Shown piece after piece: positions 25,351 through 40,800 of a stretch of DNA of 64,000 bases. A model generated the notes under the pieces. The model was given only the letters and a program-made list of their open reading frames with translations. It was not told the origin of the DNA and ran no database searches. The translations under genes and the position numbers were made by a program. The stretch spans positions 211,482,001 through 211,546,000 of the forward strand of contig OZ024741.1 of NCBI GenBank assembly GCA_964016885.1, written 5' to 3'. How positions within the stretch are numbered: the first letter of the stretch is position 1; every line of letters begins with the position of its first letter. Source of the DNA: Eledone cirrhosa. Taxonomy: Eukaryota.

Positions 25351-25627
25351 CCTTGAAGAAATCGGCTGTGTTCAAATCTGGACAGTGATGGCCTCGGCCA
25401 AGACTAAATAATCACCATACATTGTATATCATGAGAGCGCTCCTATGATTTCATCATATGTTAAGGATTCATGTTCATTGTGATGGTCTTGGTCATATTG
25501 ACGATGGGAGTCAAAATCCCGTTTGAAACCATTTCAGTTCCCTTTTTTAATGAACCCTTCAGAACAGCAGAGCTGAATGATTAAGAAGTTTTTTTTTAAT
25601 CCTACCACCCCGCGTTCAACTTCCACT

Positions 25628-26010
25628 GTGTTACACACGCCGTATCAGCCATGCTGCGTCACACACGCCGTATCAGCCACGCTGCGTCACACAAGTTGTT
25701 TCACACATGCTGTGTCACATACGCCGTATCACACATGCCGTGTCACACATGCTGTGTCACATACGCCGTATCACACATGCCGTGTCACACATGCCGTGTC
25801 ACACACGCTGTATCAGACAAGCTGTTTCACACATGCTGTGTCACATACGCCGTATCAGACACGCTGTGTCACCCATGCCACGTCACAACACGCCGTGTCA
25901 TATACACTGTGTCACCCACGCTGTTTCACACACGCTATATCACACACGCCGTATCACACACACTGTATCACACACCCGTGTCACGCACACCGTGTCACAC
26001 ACGCCGTGTC
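25628..26010. repeat. Degenerate 12-14-bp minisatellite (cacacgccgtat / cacacatgctgtgt)
   Basis: Tandem variants visible throughout; translates to the repetitive THAVSH pattern. Confidence 0.9.
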
Positions 26011-26146
26011 ATGAGTGTGATCCCTGAGAGATATGTTAAGGGTCCATACGTCTGAGGAATACTCAGCAGTGGTAATGTTTGCTTCTTATCCTTTCCAGGT
26101 CAATGAAATATCAGTTAAATACTGATGTCGATTCTATTACCACCCC

Positions 26147-26229
<83 letters not shown>

Positions 26230-26651
26230 ACTCTTTTTCTCACTCTTTTTCTCTGGAAGAAATAGACTCTGTTCAGATGTTGAAAGGGTTAGGCAAAGTT
26301 TTGTAGTTTGCCTGTGGGCATACCTTACACATAAGTCCATTTACTATCCTTGCAGAGGGTTCTTTTAAAGGGGTAGATCTTATTGATCAGGTATTTTATG
26401 AGAGTTCCTTGCTTTTAAATGTCCCTTCGACTTAATCGGGATTTAAGGTCCTATAACATACCATCAACCTCCATTTGCCCAAATATCCATTCTGTTCGTC
26501 AATAAGTGTTTTAAAATGTTTCATTTTAGATTTATACACTCTTCACATCTCATCCGATCATAAAACAATATGCAAAATCCTCAATAATATATAATGTTTC
26601 ACTTCTACCCCTTTGAACAAAAGATAATTCGTCATATTTTCTCAAGGTAAG

Positions 26652-26870
26652 GGTGGTGGTTTGGCAGAACTAGTAGAGCGTGGCACACCATGCGTAACAG
26701 CAGAGAGTTACGACCCTTTACGTTCTGAGATCAAATCCCGCCGAGGTCAGCTTTGCCTTTCATCCTAAAGGGGCGGTAAAATAAAGTACCAGTCACGCTC
26801 TGGGGTCGATTTATTCGACTTTCCCCCTTCCCCTAAAGTTGCTGGCTTTGTGCTTAAATCAGAAACCATA
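26652..26870 (+). mobile_element. tRNA-derived SINE with Nin/Deu-like domain
   Basis: tggcagaa...B-box g(a/t)tcaaatccc then gccgaggtcagctttgcctttcatcct...ggtaaaataaagtaccag. Copies at 47860-47990, 48370-48548, 49278-49585 (tail duplicated), 61470-61650 (minus) and a fragment at 24578-24632. Confidence 0.8.
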
Positions 26871-27414
26871 TTTTCTCAATGGAGGCCATATCTTCTTCAA
26901 ATAGACGTCGTTGTGTCTACAAACAAAACGCGATATAACACGTGTCTAGAATTTTGCCTCAATGGCATCGAACGCCTTAGGTTATCCTTTTTTTTAAAAA
27001 TCAACTTTATATTGTTTTAACACCGAGAAATATTTTTGTCGTCCTCCTCCTCCTCCTCCATTTTCCCTTTCATTTCTTCGTTATTTTTCATCCTTATTCG
27101 CTCATCTTTTTTTCCTCCTCTCTCCTTTCACACATTTCTACTCTCTTCATTCACCTTTCTTCTACGAAATAAAACAAAGCCTAATAGAACAATTACAAGC
27201 TCATCACATTTAAACATTTTATATTGTGTTTATATTTCTAAAATGTTTTCTATGTGTTATGGGTGTCAAACACGAAATACTTTCACCTCAAAATCAACGC
27301 CGTTGTTTGTTTCTGAAGGAATCAATCGAGTTGAGATAATTTATCCGGACATTATGGAAGCGAAGTGATCAAAGCAGAGATGGTAGGGGTAGGGTTAGGG
27401 CTTAAAAGTGAAGG

Positions 27415-27740
27415 TTTAGTGGCTTAGTGGTCAGGGTGTTTTGCTCGTGATCCTAAGGTCGTAAGTTCGATACCATGATGGAATGTTGCGCCCTCATGTA
27501 AAACATAATTTGACGTTAATTCCCGAGTCTACTCAGCTGGAAAAAAAGTAGTTGTCCCAGTAATTCTAAGGACCAGCTTTGTCATATTACACTGCATCAG
27601 GCTAAAGCTCCCTGATTATTAGGTTAAAGGTACACGTGTCAGTGGAATACTGTGTCACATCTGAGCAAATTACCTGAGTAGACTGGTTCCATTCATTGCA
27701 TGAAATGGAACACTCAGCGTCGGGTCCGACGGAGGTCCGA
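27415..27740 (+). mobile_element. tRNA-derived SINE (CORE-like family) with tail
   Basis: gtggcttagtggtcaggg...gtaagttcgatacc A/B boxes; tail gttaaaggtacacgtgtcagtggaatact also seen at 26020-26075, 62905-62960 and 63035-63115. Confidence 0.7.
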
Positions 27741-27913
27741 TACACACACACACACACTCATACATATGCACACACACACACACAGATACACATACACACA
27801 CACACAGAGATACACATACACACACACATATATACAGACACACACCCATACACACACACATACAAACATACAGGGATATACATACCCACACCAACAAACA
27901 CACACGCACACAA

Positions 27914-27951
<38 letters not shown>

Positions 27952-27954
<3 letters not shown>

Positions 27955-29565
27955 AGGTGAGTTTTATTGTAGTACAATAAAGCAATGCAGATATCGGATA
28001 AGAAGCACTCTACAGTTTGTAGGACTGGAGTATACATAATATAAGATCAAAAGATGGTTAAAGGAGTTCCATGTATTTTATTATGCGCATTTCAAAAACA
28101 AACATCATCATGCAATAATATTTGTGTTTTCATCAGATAAAACAGGAGAACATGATATGAAGGCTAAAAAACACTTGTGGATAGTGCAGTTTTAAATCAA
28201 CATATGAAAAGTGGTTTTAGATTGATGTGTGATATTGGGAAAAATATTTTATTTAGAGAGGGGGGGTGGAAAGGATGAAAAAGGGGAGGAGATGAGAGGG
28301 AGAGATGGGTGATAGAGAGAAAGAGATAGTTTTTATAACTGAGAGGAGATATAGATTCTATAATAAATAGACGTACAGATTTGTTTTCTATCTGCCTGCA
28401 TAAATTCCATAGAACTTTTCACAAAGTATACAGTTAATATTCAATTCTTTATCAATTTAGAATCTTTTCTCAAAGGCACATATACATACACCTCTTTAAA
28501 ATATACCCATCTTCCTACCATACTTTAAAGGGCATTATACACTCTATAATACTTGTTTACTCATTACCCTCATTCTATCTTCACCTTGTAAAATCCTTCA
28601 TAACATATACATTTGTTTTTTGACGTTAGAATATTCATCCGCAATCATTATTTTTTTTTCTCTCTATCATAAATCTTTTTAATCTCAATTTCATCCTTAA
28701 TTTATTATTTTTTTCTCCCCATCAACGAACTCATTCTTAATACATATTAACTCTTTATTCGCATATATTATCAATTCCTCCAATATACAAACTTTAACTT
28801 CACATTATTTTTCTCAAATCCTTCTACACACAAACCTTAATAATTTTTCTCTTCGTTAATTTTGAAATTGCCACAATACTTATCAATATACCCCTTTTTT
28901 GACGTTAGAATATTCATCCACAATTATTATTTCTTCTCTCTATCTTCATACATAAATTCCCTTCGTTAATTTTCAAATTCCTTTAATTTATACATTATCT
29001 TCCAACGGTTCTCAACCTCTCTATGTAAAACAATATATCTTTCTCTCAGTTATAAAAACTATCTCTTTCTCTCTATCACCCATCTCTCCCTCTCCACCTT
29101 CACTCTCATCTCCTCCCCCTTTTTTCACCCCCCCCTCCCTAAATAAAATACTTTTTCCTCGCACATATCCTCCTTTCGTTAATTTTCAAATTTTTTTAAT
29201 TTATACATTATCTTCCAACGGTTTTCAACCTCTCTATGTAAAACAATATATCTCCTCTCAGTTATAAAAACTATCTCTTTCTCTCTATCACCCATCTCTC
29301 CCTCTCATCTCCTCCCCTTTTTCATCCTTCCCCCCCCCCCCTCTCTAAATAAAATATTTTTCCCAATATCACACATCAATCTAAAACCACTTTTCATATG
29401 TTGATTTAAAACTGCACTATCCACAAGTGTTTTTTAGCCTTCATATCATGTTCTCCTGTTTTATCTAATGAAAACACAAATATTATTGCATGATGATGTT
29501 TGTTTTTGAAATGCGCATAATAAAATACATGGAACTCCTTTAACCATCTTTTGATCTTATATTAT
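27952..29565. mobile_element. PLE 3' UTR/pLTR with 5' inversion (arms ~28037-28352 and ~29247-29564) plus tail
   Basis: Long inverted repeat with internal direct duplications of UTR; same termini as 10816-11222. Confidence 0.85.
28076..28142 (-). ncRNA. Minimal hammerhead ribozyme (mirror 29459-29525 carries G5A)
   Basis: Minus strand reads ttttat-CTGATGA-aaacacaaatatt...gatgtttgttttt-GAAA-tgcgca-TA-ataaaa. Confidence 0.9.
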
Positions 29566-29610
29566 ATATATATATATACACACACACAGAGACAGACGCA
29601 TAAACGCACA

Positions 29611-29656
<46 letters not shown>

Positions 29657-29659
<3 letters not shown>

Positions 29660-32511
29660 GGAAAGTTATATTTAAATTGTTGGGTTAACAACGAATAAAT
29701 ATTTATAACTGATATAAAAGCACTCAACAAGTATTTGGAGTATATTTATGATATTAAATAAATGGAAACTATATTTATAAAACCATATTTATTTCGTTAT
29801 ATATATTTCAGGGATATCATATTAACAATATGTTATGCCGTCTTCAGACAAAATACAATATAAACAGTCTTATAAATAAATAGATACGACATACCTTTCA
29901 ATCACCTTGCATTTGGGAGGTTGATTTGGTAGTAAAGAATATTGTGGACAGTTGTAAAAAGAAAGAGATAAAGAGAGAAAGAAAGAGAAACGAAGAAAAA
30001 GAAGAAATGCATGTGACTAAATAGAGGGATATAGAAAGATAGATAAAGAGAAGAACTTCATGTAAAGAAACAGAGAGAAATATATATAGAGAGAGGAAAG
30101 AAGAAAAAAGAAAGAGATAGATAGAGATAGATAGAGAAATTAGGAAGTTGAGTATCGGTTGATACATTTATTTATTTATTTATTTATTTATTTAGCTCTA
30201 GTATAAATGTAAAGAGAGATGTATGTAGTTAAGAGAGAAAATAGCCGTTATATAGAGAGAAAAAAGAGAAAATGAAAAAGAGAAAATGAAACACAACCAG
30301 ACATACACGATGCAGACTTTAAAACCGCTATGTTTTATCCGTAGAAAATATTAGTTCGTATAAAACAGGCATTATAATGTAAGTACCAGTATTCATGAAT
30401 GAGACATGTATCTATAATGTGTGAAAAGTAATGATCTTATGTCTAGTTTTTAAAAATTCATATGTTTATATCATAATTATAAACAAACTCCCAATTCACA
30501 CGAAAACATTCTCATTGTGCTATAAAAATTCAAGTATACATATATGTGTGTATATATACACATATATATATAGAGTCTATATTAACAATACTACTCTTGT
30601 TTTTATTCTACCTGATTGTCGATCAAGCAGAAATAGAGAACAGATTTCAATATATTAATAAAAATAAAAATAAAAATAAAAATAAAAATAAAAATAAAAA
30701 TAAAAATAAAAATAAAAATAAAAATAAAAATAAAAATAAAAATAAAAATAAAAATAAAAATAAAAATAAAAATAAAAATAAAAATAAAAATAAAAATAAA
30801 AATAAAAATAAAAATAAAAATAAAAATAAAAATAAAAATAAAAATAAAAATAAAAATAAAAATAAAAATATCAGAGACAAGAAAATAAATAAATAAATAA
30901 ACAGAAAACTAAAACATTTAATATTAAAAATAAAAAATATTACAAAATATTAAAAAATATTAAAAAATAATACAAATAAAACACAGAGATCAGCCTTTCA
31001 AAGTTAATTGACAATATATTGCCAAGATCATCATAAGCATCAGAGTCGAAACAGATAAAACAAAAATTGTTTACCAAATCCTGTCTAGCAGAAATCATTC
31101 CAAAAGTTTAGGATACCCATTTGGTCTACATATGTTCTTATATATAATATAGAAGTTTATCTAGTTTAAAATTTAATTCGATATATTTGGAGCATCAGCT
31201 TTTAGGGTAGTTTAATTATTCATTAAGAATGTTTTAATAAAAAGAAGAAATCGAAAGATTTATCGGCTAGTTTCATAAATAATTACAAATCAAATCAAAA
31301 CAAACATAATTACATTTTAAATTTAAATTTATATTTAAACGTTGAGTTCAATCTATGTCTGCAGCAACTGAATAAATTTGTCCGTAGATTAAGGGAATTT
31401 TTAGATTTTAGTATAAAGAATATCTCCTCCGCACAGAGGTCACATGTCTCAGAGGATGAATTAAAAGGAATCCCCCTTGAAACTATATTCCAAGTCGTCG
31501 AATATCTAACGTTATCATGCCTAAGTTGCCAGAGTACGCCTGATAGTGCTGTTGAAGATTTTTTGGATGGATCTGTGAAAGAATTCTTGTGGTTGTTATA
31601 GCGAAGTTTAAATTCCGTCGATGTAGAACCAACGTAGTTAAAAGAATTAACGTCCGTTTTAACATTACAGTTGTATATTATATTTTTAACTAAGCAGTTG
31701 TTATTTAACGGACATTTAGATCTATCTCTACAGTTACATTTGTTAACTTGGATATTATTTATGCTATTATCGCTAGGTTTTAAGTTCCTGTTATTTATTC
31801 TATTAATATTTTGCGCTAAATTTTTGGTGGATGAGTAGGTTAGTTTTATAGTATGTCTATTGAAAATTGAGTGATACCTATGTGTTCTAGGGAAGCGATT
31901 ATCGAGAGCTTTAAAAAATAGTTTAGCAATGTGGGTTTTAATGTTTAGTGAGAAAGGGGGGGCAAACCATATTATATTCCTAGTTCTATTTCTTTTATGG
32001 CTTTTTTATATAACGGCTATTTTCTCTCTTAACTACATACATCTCTCTTTACATTTATACTAGAGCTAAATAAATAAATAAATAAATAAATAAATGTATC
32101 AACCGATACTCAACTTCCTAATTTCTCTATCTATCTCTATCTATCTCTTTCTTTTTTCTTCTTTCCTCTCTCTATATATATTTCTCTCTGTTTCTTTACA
32201 TGAAGTTCTTCTCTTTATCTATCTTTCTATATCCCTCTATTTAGTCACATGCATTTCTTCTTTTTCTTCGTTTCTCTTTCTTTCTCTCTTTATCTCTTTC
32301 TTTTTACAACTGTCCACAATATTCTTTACTACCAAATCAACCTCCCAAATGCAAGGTGATTGAAAGGTATGTCGTATCTATTTATTTATAAGACTGTTTA
32401 TATTGTATTTTGTCTGAAGACGGCATAACATATTGTTAATATGATATCCCTGAAATATATATAACGAAATAAATATGGTTTTATAAATATAGTTTCCATT
32501 TATTTAATATC
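29657..32511 (-). mobile_element. Second, 5'-truncated copy (sister subfamily) of the intact Naiad element with 5' inversion
   Basis: Same end atggaaagttatatt; endonuclease coding remnant 31310-32000; 32006-32511 inverts ~29748-30254; (AAAAAT)n expansion 30655-30870. Confidence 0.92.
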
Positions 32512-32582
32512 ATATATATATATATATATATATATACATAAACACACAGACCGGCACACATACACACACACATACACACACA

Positions 32583-32637
<55 letters not shown>

Positions 32638-32685
32638 TTATACATAAACACACAGACCGGCACACATACAACACACACACACACA

Positions 32686-32740
<55 letters not shown>

Positions 32741-33421
32741 ACATGAACACACATACTCCGGCACACATACTCCGCGCACACACACACACACACGAACTCA
32801 CATATAGGTACACTCACATACAAACATGGCAGACAAAAGATTCTCAGATATGGATTTAGACGGAAGAAAAGAAAGATTTGAATTGCTTCGCTCATTTTCT
32901 GGTTCAGATGACAACCGCCATTAAAACATTAAAGATTTATGTAAGACGATTGATGGCTGTGATAGGACATTTATTTAGAAATATGGATGAACGTGTGTGT
33001 ATATATGTGAGAAGATGTATATATATATGTGTATGTTTGTGAGTGTGTGTGTATGTATGTATGTATATTTGTGAGTGTGTATGTATGTATGTTTGTATGT
33101 ATATATGTATGTTTGTGAGTGTATATATATGTGTGTATGTATGTTTGTGAGTGTGTATGTATGTTTGTATGTATGTTTGTGAGTGTATGTATGTTTGTAT
33201 GTATATATTTGTTTGTGAGTGTATATATATGTGTGTATGTTTGTATGTATGTTTGTGAGTGTGTATGTATGTATGTGTGAAGATGTATATGTATATGTAT
33301 ATGTTTCTGAGTGTGTATGTATGTGTGTATATATGTTTGAGAGTGTATGTTAGTGAGTGTGTGTGTGTATGTATGTGTCTGTCTGTATGTATGTGAAAAT
33401 ATGTATACATCTGTGTATGTT

Positions 33422-33455
<34 letters not shown>

Positions 33456-33460
33456 ATATG

Positions 33461-33514
<54 letters not shown>

Positions 33515-33519
33515 ATATG

Positions 33520-33571
<52 letters not shown>

Positions 33572-33576
33572 ATATG

Positions 33577-33671
<95 letters not shown>

Positions 33672-33674
33672 ATT

Positions 33675-33752
<78 letters not shown>

Positions 33753-33791
33753 GAATATATATATATATATTTATAGAATCTCATCTATATT

Positions 33792-33826
<35 letters not shown>

Positions 33827-33827
33827 T

Positions 33828-33864
<37 letters not shown>

Positions 33865-33865
33865 T

Positions 33866-33902
<37 letters not shown>

Positions 33903-33914
33903 TTATATATATAT

Positions 33915-34058
33915 AACGAAGGAAAAGTGGTAAGGAACCAGGTGGACCATAACGCACCAAAGTACTCAATACTTGAGGTAGTAGAGTGGGTAATAAGAAC
34001 CAGTAAGAATTAGCCGTCGAAACGGCTTGAGCTCAGCTGTCGGGGTCTTACTGGTTCT

Positions 34059-34059
<1 letters not shown>
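33915..34059. mobile_element. Short fold-back pLTR tip with the 3' half of a hammerhead
   Basis: Minus arm 33915-34008, then attagccgtcGAAAcggcttgagctcagctGTCggggtcttactggttc. Confidence 0.8.
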
Positions 34060-34111
<52 letters not shown>

Positions 34112-34148
34112 ATTTATATATATACATATATATATATATATTTATGTA

Positions 34149-34208
<60 letters not shown>

Positions 34209-34389
34209 TACATATATATATAACTACATATATATTGAGGTCTTTCAAAATAGGAGAGCCGCTGATACGTAAATAACAACAACAACTATAATGAAATAAT
34301 AATATAGTGTAGATAAATTATGATAGAATCGACCGGCAGGGTCCATTTCGACTATCTTTTTAGGAACCTATAAATACAGGGGAGAGACC

Positions 34390-34815
34390 ATCATCATCGT
34401 TATCATCACCATAATCGTCATCATTGTCCTCCTCCTCCTTCTCCTCTTCCTCCTCCTCATCATCGTCATCATCTTCATCATCATCATCTTCATCGCCATC
34501 GTCATCATTATCATCGTCGCCGTTGTCATCATCATCATCATCTTGATCATCACTATTACCATCATTATCATCATCATCATCATCCTTATCTTCATCATCA
34601 TCATCCTTATCTTCATCATCATTATCATCATCATCATCATCATCATCATCCTTATCTTCATCATCATCATCCTTATCTTCATCATCATTATCATCATCAT
34701 CATCATCATCATCATCCTTATCTTCATCATCATCATCCTTATCTTCATCATCATTATCATCATCATCATCATCATCATCATCCTTATCTTCATCATCATC
34801 ATCATCATCCTTATC

Positions 34816-34850
<35 letters not shown>

Positions 34851-34870
34851 TATCTTCATCGTCGTCATCG

Positions 34871-34901
<31 letters not shown>

Positions 34902-34930
34902 CATCGTTACCATCCTCATAGTCATCATCT
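34390..34930. repeat. (ATC)n microsatellite with periodic cttatcttc interruptions
   Basis: Higher-order units visible at 34560-34860. Confidence 0.95.
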
Positions 34931-35091
34931 TCAGGTTCATCTCTTCCACTTTCCTCTCATTCTCCCTACCTCCCTTACTTCTTTCCTCCATCTTCCCCAG
35001 TCTTCCCTATCCCAGAATTCCCTGTGTAGCTATGACAGTAGTCAGCATATATTACAATTTCACCAAATATATTTATGGTGCAGCTGTATAG

Positions 35092-35131
<40 letters not shown>

Positions 35132-35375
35132 GAGTATATCGGTTAAATCTTTGTAATCTCCTGCAAGACGTGAATCAGGGAGATTACAGAAGAATCTATT
35201 GTAAAGACCCAATAGACTTGAATGTATATCCCCCCTCTCTCCTTACTACCCTTCTTCTCTCTCTCTCTCTCCCCTTCTCTCTCTCTGTCTCCCACTCTCT
35301 CTCTCTCTCAGTATTTATACACATATATATATATATATGTATATTTATTTATATATATATATATAACTACATATA

Positions 35376-35918
35376 TATTGAGGTCCTTCAAAATAGGAGA
35401 GCCGCTGATACGTAAATAACAACAATAGCAACAACAACAAAAACAACTATAATGAAATAATAATAAAGTGTATATAAATTATGATAGAATCGACTGGTAG
35501 GGTCCATTTCGACTATCTTATTAGGAACCCATAAACACGTGGGGTAGTCACTCCACCATTACTACTGCTTGGAGCGCGATGGCCGGCTGAGAACAAAATA
35601 CCTATTGACGAAATGGCTTGTTCGATCGTTATACCAAAAGCTTACAACGTAAGCAGCTAGTATATTTGATTTAGGTGTCACAGACACCTCCCACTGGATC
35701 AACTTAAATTATTTTATTAACCTGTTTAGCTTGCTTCGTTATAATTTGGCTCAGGTGGCTGATAGCTCACGACCACCGTTTTCAGTTTGTTTGGCTTCTA
35801 TAACGTATGTTAATTGCTCTGGTCTTCTTTTAGCCCGTTGAGCGCTTGCCCCATATCTCGAAATTTGCGTTCCGCTTGTTGGTTTTGGCCACCGCCGAAA
35901 TACGATCTCGCTGAAATT
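35376..35918. repeat. Unclassified dispersed repeat, longest copy
   Basis: Left part matches 34233-34375; right part matches 20100-20520. Confidence 0.75.
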
Positions 35919-36002
35919 TTATTTATATATATATATGTTTGTGTATGTGTGTTTGTATATATATATATATATACACACACACAAATATATATATATATAT
36001 AC

Positions 36003-36045
<43 letters not shown>

Positions 36046-36064
36046 AATATATATATATACACAA

Positions 36065-36184
<120 letters not shown>

Positions 36185-37899
36185 GAAGAATTAGAAATAG
36201 AAGTTAGGAATATCCATCGTCAGTTGTCTCCTAGCCATCATAGGTATTTCTTCGCATTACAGACAATATACCTCCAGCTAGAGCGATACAATAACTAAAG
36301 TAAGTTATTGCGATAAAAAGTGTTGGGTGGAGAAAGAGAAAGACATGTAAACAGACACGAATGGTGAGGCAACGTAAAGAGAGGAGAAAATGAAAAAATC
36401 AAGTCAATGATTCATTTCGAACATAAGAACGGGCGAATTTTTATGAGGAGAACAAAGACCCATCTTAGCCGTACAGATGTGAGCTAGAAGAAAGACCGGG
36501 TACAGTGTGGGACGATGGAGAAAGTGAGAGAGAGGGTGAGTAGCAGAGAGTGAGTGAGTGAAAGTGGGAGGAAGAGGCTAGCCGAGAGAGGGTGACTAGC
36601 AGAGGGGGTGAGTGAAAGTAAGAGGGAGAAGGAGAGAGAGAAGGGGGGGGGATAGCTGTAAGGGAAGAGAAAAAAGACAGGTCACAGCGAAGGGGAAAGC
36701 ATATATGAATAAAAAATGGCGAGCTGTGTTGTTGCATTTAAGTATAAAACATGAAGAATTAGAAATAGAAGTTAGGAATATCCATCATTTATATATATGC
36801 GAGAAAAACCACAAACCCTCCATCTCAATTCTACTTTTGAAAAGCCTAAGTACTAGGTACTTCGAATTTCCCGAAGTAATTTGATCTAATAATATATATA
36901 TATACTGTGGCCATTGTTGCATCGTTTTAAAATAACCCCGCAGGCACCCGCTAAACACATTTCAAATTTCAAAGTTAGATTTGAAAAATAGCTTTATTTT
37001 CAATTTACTGTTAAGTCAGATATCTCTTTTTTTTATAAAGCTAGAACAAATTTATATCGTGTTTTGTTACGTAAACAATTCTTTAGAGCTGCACTTAATA
37101 CAATATTTCTTGCGTTTTCTATTTTCCGTAGACATTGCTAAGTTGAACGGTAAATATTGGCGAATAGAATGAATAAGATTTTGAGTGAAGGAAAAAGAAA
37201 TATTGTATTTGGAAACGTAAACAAGATTTCACTATAAGTTCACTCGGTTAAAACATAAATGAAATTATTTACCAGTACAAAATAAAGAAAGAAATTTCAC
37301 ATATTGAGATTTATAATCAATAAAACAACATATAATAAAAACACAACATATAATAGTAATAACAATATCTATTCCTCTAAGAGGATTATAGTTTGGCACT
37401 GTATCGCCAAACAACAAGTCACATTTTTAGATAATTTATTCCACTTTACGAACAAAGTCTGGAGAGTTTTAGACTACAAATTGTGTCTTTTGTTTGTTTA
37501 GTTCTTCTATTTCAGATTTGATGACATTAAAATTCAGTCTGAGATTAAATAGCTATTTACTTGACTAACATGTAATTATTCAACGCTACAGATGGAATAC
37601 GATCTATCATTTGTGGGTCCTGATTAAAATCTAAAGCCCCAGGAAAGTGGCGAAGGTCTGTCGATAATAGCTACATACAAAAATACGTACATACATACAT
37701 ACAGATAGACATACGTACATAATACATACAGACAGACAGATAGACATACATACATACAGACAGATATACATACATATATACAGATAGACATACATACATA
37801 ATACATACATACATACAGATAGACATAAATACATAATACATACATACATACAGATAGACATACATACATAATACATACATACATACATATAGACATACA

Positions 37900-40800
37900 A
37901 AGAATGCTGACCTACGAAAAAACATAGGATATGTGACAATGCTCCTTACATGCAAACAAACACAAAAAACCTCACTCCTCACCAACAAAGAGTGAAAAAT
38001 AAAATAGAGACGATCTTTGGTAACAGTAGAACCAGAACTCTCCAATATAAGCTGATCACCCTCAAACAAGAATTGAGAGCTGTTAGCGAAAAACGCCGAT
38101 ACCTGAAGTAGGTAGATGAGTGAAGAGTGCTTAATAACAGATTCAGACGAAACCAAACATCAGTCTATAGAGATATGAAGGGCAAAATAATAAGTGTCAC
38201 TGAGGCCCCATCCCAGAAAGACATAGATTCCTTTTGGAGAAAAGTATGGGGTAAAAAGAAGTATTTCAACCAAGATGCAGTGTGGCTAAGAGAAATCCGA
38301 AAGAACTATTGCTCCTACACAACAACAAAAACATACGAAATAAGTGAGGCTACCCTTGAGGGTACTGTGATAGGAAAACTCCAAGATAAGAAAACACCAG
38401 GAGGAGACATGATTGTCGTCTACTGGTACAAAAAACTAATATTCTATCGGAGGTATCTTACTGACCTCTACCAACAAGTTCTTAAGGGAGATACACTTAT
38501 ACCAGAATGGTTGACATTAGCACAAACGTTACTGGTCCCCAAGAACAAAGACACCCACTTGGCAAAAACCTACCTACTCATTGCATACCAGAACCTGATG
38601 TATAAGATGTATACAGCCTGCCTGAACCTATTCCTCCAAGATCACTGTGAAAATAATAACATCATCACAGATGAACAAGCAGATGGAAAGAAAGGGGTTT
38701 GGGGATGTGCTGAACAACTTCGAATCAACAAAACTGCGATGTCGGAGGTGCGACAACTTAGGAGGAATATAACTACAGTCTGGCTGGACTACAGGAAAGC
38801 TTTCGATTCTGTTCCGCACTCTTGGATGATAGAGGCTCTCCAACTTGCTTAAGTCCCAGACATTATTGTCAGAGCCATAGAGAGGCTGTCTTCTCCTTGG
38901 GCTACTATCCTAAGGATAGAGAGGGAGGACTCTATTTTCTCTGATAAAATAAAATATTGCAGGGGTATATTTCAGGGGGACAGTCTCTCTGTGATATTGT
39001 TCATCTTGTCATTAAACCCCTTGTCCTTTCTGCTCAAGAAATGTGAGGGATACATCATTGGCTGACAGGAGGACAGAAATACGAACCTAACCCATAATTT
39101 CTTTGTTGACGATCTGAAACTCTATGCCAAGAACATGGATGGGATGAAGAAAAATTTTGACCTGGTTACAACGGGCTCAAAGGATATAGGAATGGAGTTT
39201 GGCCAAGATAAATGCTTATACATGACTGTAAAGCGGGGAAAAACAACAACCCAATCTAGCAACATTGTCATCAATGATCTAACTGTTTCACCGATATCTG
39301 ATGAGGACTGCTACAGATACCTGGGGATAGATGAGTACATATCCTATAATGGTATCTGTAATAAAGAACGCGTAACCAGGGAATACTACACCCGATTAAG
39401 AGAGATTTGGTGATCGGAACTCTCTGCGCAAAACAAAACAGTGGCTCACAATGTATTTGCTGTGCCTGTCCTAACACCAACGTTTGGAATACACAATTGG
39501 ACGATAGACGAAATCCGAGAAGTTGATGTTGGAACTCGAAAAATACTGAACAACACTGGAAACTTCCACATCAACAGTGACATAGACCACCTTTACTTGA
39601 AACGTAAGCAGGAAGGCAGAGGCCTAACATCAGTCCAGACAACATTTGAATGTCGCATCATATCTCTCCGACAACATCTACGAACCTCGAAGCGTAGGAG
39701 CCCATCTTTCGAGCAAGTATATCTGCATGAAACAGATGAGATCATTAGAGTTGGGAAGGAACTCCTTGAGAGATATTCCCTGTGTGATAATCAAAAACTC
39801 ACACCCAGGGATGTCTCTCAGCAGTATCTCAGTGAATCCATGGATGAAAAACTGCATGCTTATCAGCAAAAAAATCATGCATGGATATGTTGCCAGGAAG
39901 CTCCAGAGTGAGAGTAATATAGATAAGGAAAGTAGTCTATCTTGGACCAACAACCGCTATATTGGGTCCCACTTTGAAGGATACGCTTTTGCAATCCAGG
40001 AACAGGAGATTAGCACGAAATACCTGATTTACAAAAGAGATAGGGATGCAAGCAAAACACCTAGATGTGATAACAATTGCAGACTCTGCAGAACTAACAT
40101 CGGGGATATCACCCATGTCATCAGCAGCTGTCCAAAGATGTCATCGCGGTACTATCTACCTATGAGGCATGATGTAGTGGCCAAAACACTGTACAATGTA
40201 GTTCGTTAAAAAGATAGCCCCGATAATAAACACATTAAAAGCTACAACAATGTGGAAGACATCCATGTACATAATATGAAAGAGTACTAGTGGAATGTTC
40301 CAGTAAAAACCCCAATAAAATGCAGGCATAACACACCAGATATTATGATATGGGACAGGGAGAAGAAAACATGCACAGTAGTGGAAATTAGCTGCCCAGC
40401 ATATGCCAATATAATATCAAAGATTAGTGAAAAGGAGAATATTTATGTAGAACTGATGAGAAATCTGCAGATACTCCACCCTGATTACACCTTCAGATTT
40501 ATGCCTGTGATTATTGGGGCACTGGGATATGTTGGTAACTGCCTCAATACAAATTTTGAGAAGCTAGGCTTCACAGGAACAGAAAGAACACAACTAGTTA
40601 GGAAATTACAAGTACAATCCATTAATGGAACAGTAAAAATATGTAAAACATTCCAAAAATGTTGCATCTAATAACTGCATATACACATGTACAGATACAA
40701 AGCATATACACATACACACATACAACTCAAAACATACACATCCACACATACAAAAACATCCTTATCTACACATGCATGCATACATTCATATCTACCGAGT

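Noticed and set aside
25628-26010. CRISPR-like array or repetitive His/Cys protein
   Set aside because: Degenerate tandem units with no unique spacers, open in several frames, in a eukaryotic context.
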